This document shows, one piece after another, positions 63,847-64,000 of a stretch of DNA of 64,000 bases. The DNA comes from an uncultured Opitutales bacterium (GTDB lineage: Bacteria; Verrucomicrobiota; Verrucomicrobiia; Opitutales; T3Sed10-336): positions 754 to 64,753 of the forward strand of contig CAZYAN010000013.1 of NCBI GenBank assembly GCA_964645585.1, read 5' to 3'. Position numbers and translations under genes: made by a program. The notes below the pieces were generated by a model. It made no database searches, was not told where the DNA came from, and was given only the letters and a program-made list of their open reading frames with translations. Each line of letters opens with the position of its first letter. Within the stretch, counting starts at the first letter, position 1.

Positions 63847-64000
63847 TCAGTCGGCCGGCACCGTCAGCGGAAAATAACAGCGAAATGTGCTGCCGCGGCC
63901 CGGCGTGCTTTCAACGGCGATCGCCCCGTCGTGTCCGCGAACCATGCCGGCAACTAATGCCAGGCCGAGTCCGCGGCCGGTAAATTTTGTCGAATAAAAC
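63847..64000 (-). CDS. sensor histidine kinase, C-terminal fragment (runs off the window edge)
   Basis: My own minus-strand translation: '...[50 protein letters not shown]'. This is the HATPase_c G2 box plus the terminal strands. Too short to appear in the ORF track. Confidence 0.8.
   Translation of the reverse strand, partial: FYSTKFTGRGLGLALVAGMVRGHDGAIAVESTPGRGSTFRCYFPLTVPAD

Overview
GC-rich bacterial chromosomal window that begins at dnaA, so it lies next to the replication origin. The gene content points to a Verrucomicrobiota/PVC-type diderm, possibly Opitutae-like. The evidence is a Pirellula/Verrucomicrobium-type heme-binding dehydrogenase fusion, a PEP-CTERM tail fragment, a lexA upstream region built from GAACA/TGTTC arms, and Lpt/BamA/Skp/LpxD genes. 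This placement is inference only.

I can support about 52 protein-coding genes, nearly all housekeeping:
- Replication and repair: dnaA, dnaB, ssb, ligA, mpg, lexA.
- LPS and outer membrane: kdsC-lptC-lptA-lptB, bamA-skp-lpxD, and an LPS-kinase-family gene.
- Heme and folate: hemA, hemW, pabB-pabC.
- Translation: rpsF, rplI, rplY, pth, miaA.
- Other: rny, two SF2 helicases, a ytfRT-yjfF-ytfQ-type sugar ABC importer, and a large hybrid sensor kinase.

I found no rRNA, tRNA, CRISPR array, transposase, integrase or phage gene by reading. Because of the high GC content, the six-frame track contains many long antisense ORFs rich in R/P/G. I treat these as artefacts.

Nothing here is a clear novel multi-gene system. 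The observations most worth follow-up are:
1. An overlapping two-gene cassette (6154-9580) encoding unrelated secreted proteins that share a roughly 110-130 aa C-terminal module I cannot name.
2. A 36-bp hyphenated palindrome directly upstream of lexA. Its arm order and spacing differ from the published Verrucomicrobia LexA box, and the geometry suggests a leaderless lexA mRNA.
3. The PVC-type heme-dehydrogenase gene packed tightly against a furanose-type ABC importer.
4. A signal-peptide protein with a PD-(D/E)xK-like motif.
5. An orphan PEP-CTERM tail with no start codon.

Gene 3' ends are firm. Several 5' ends are ambiguous and are flagged in the feature evidence.
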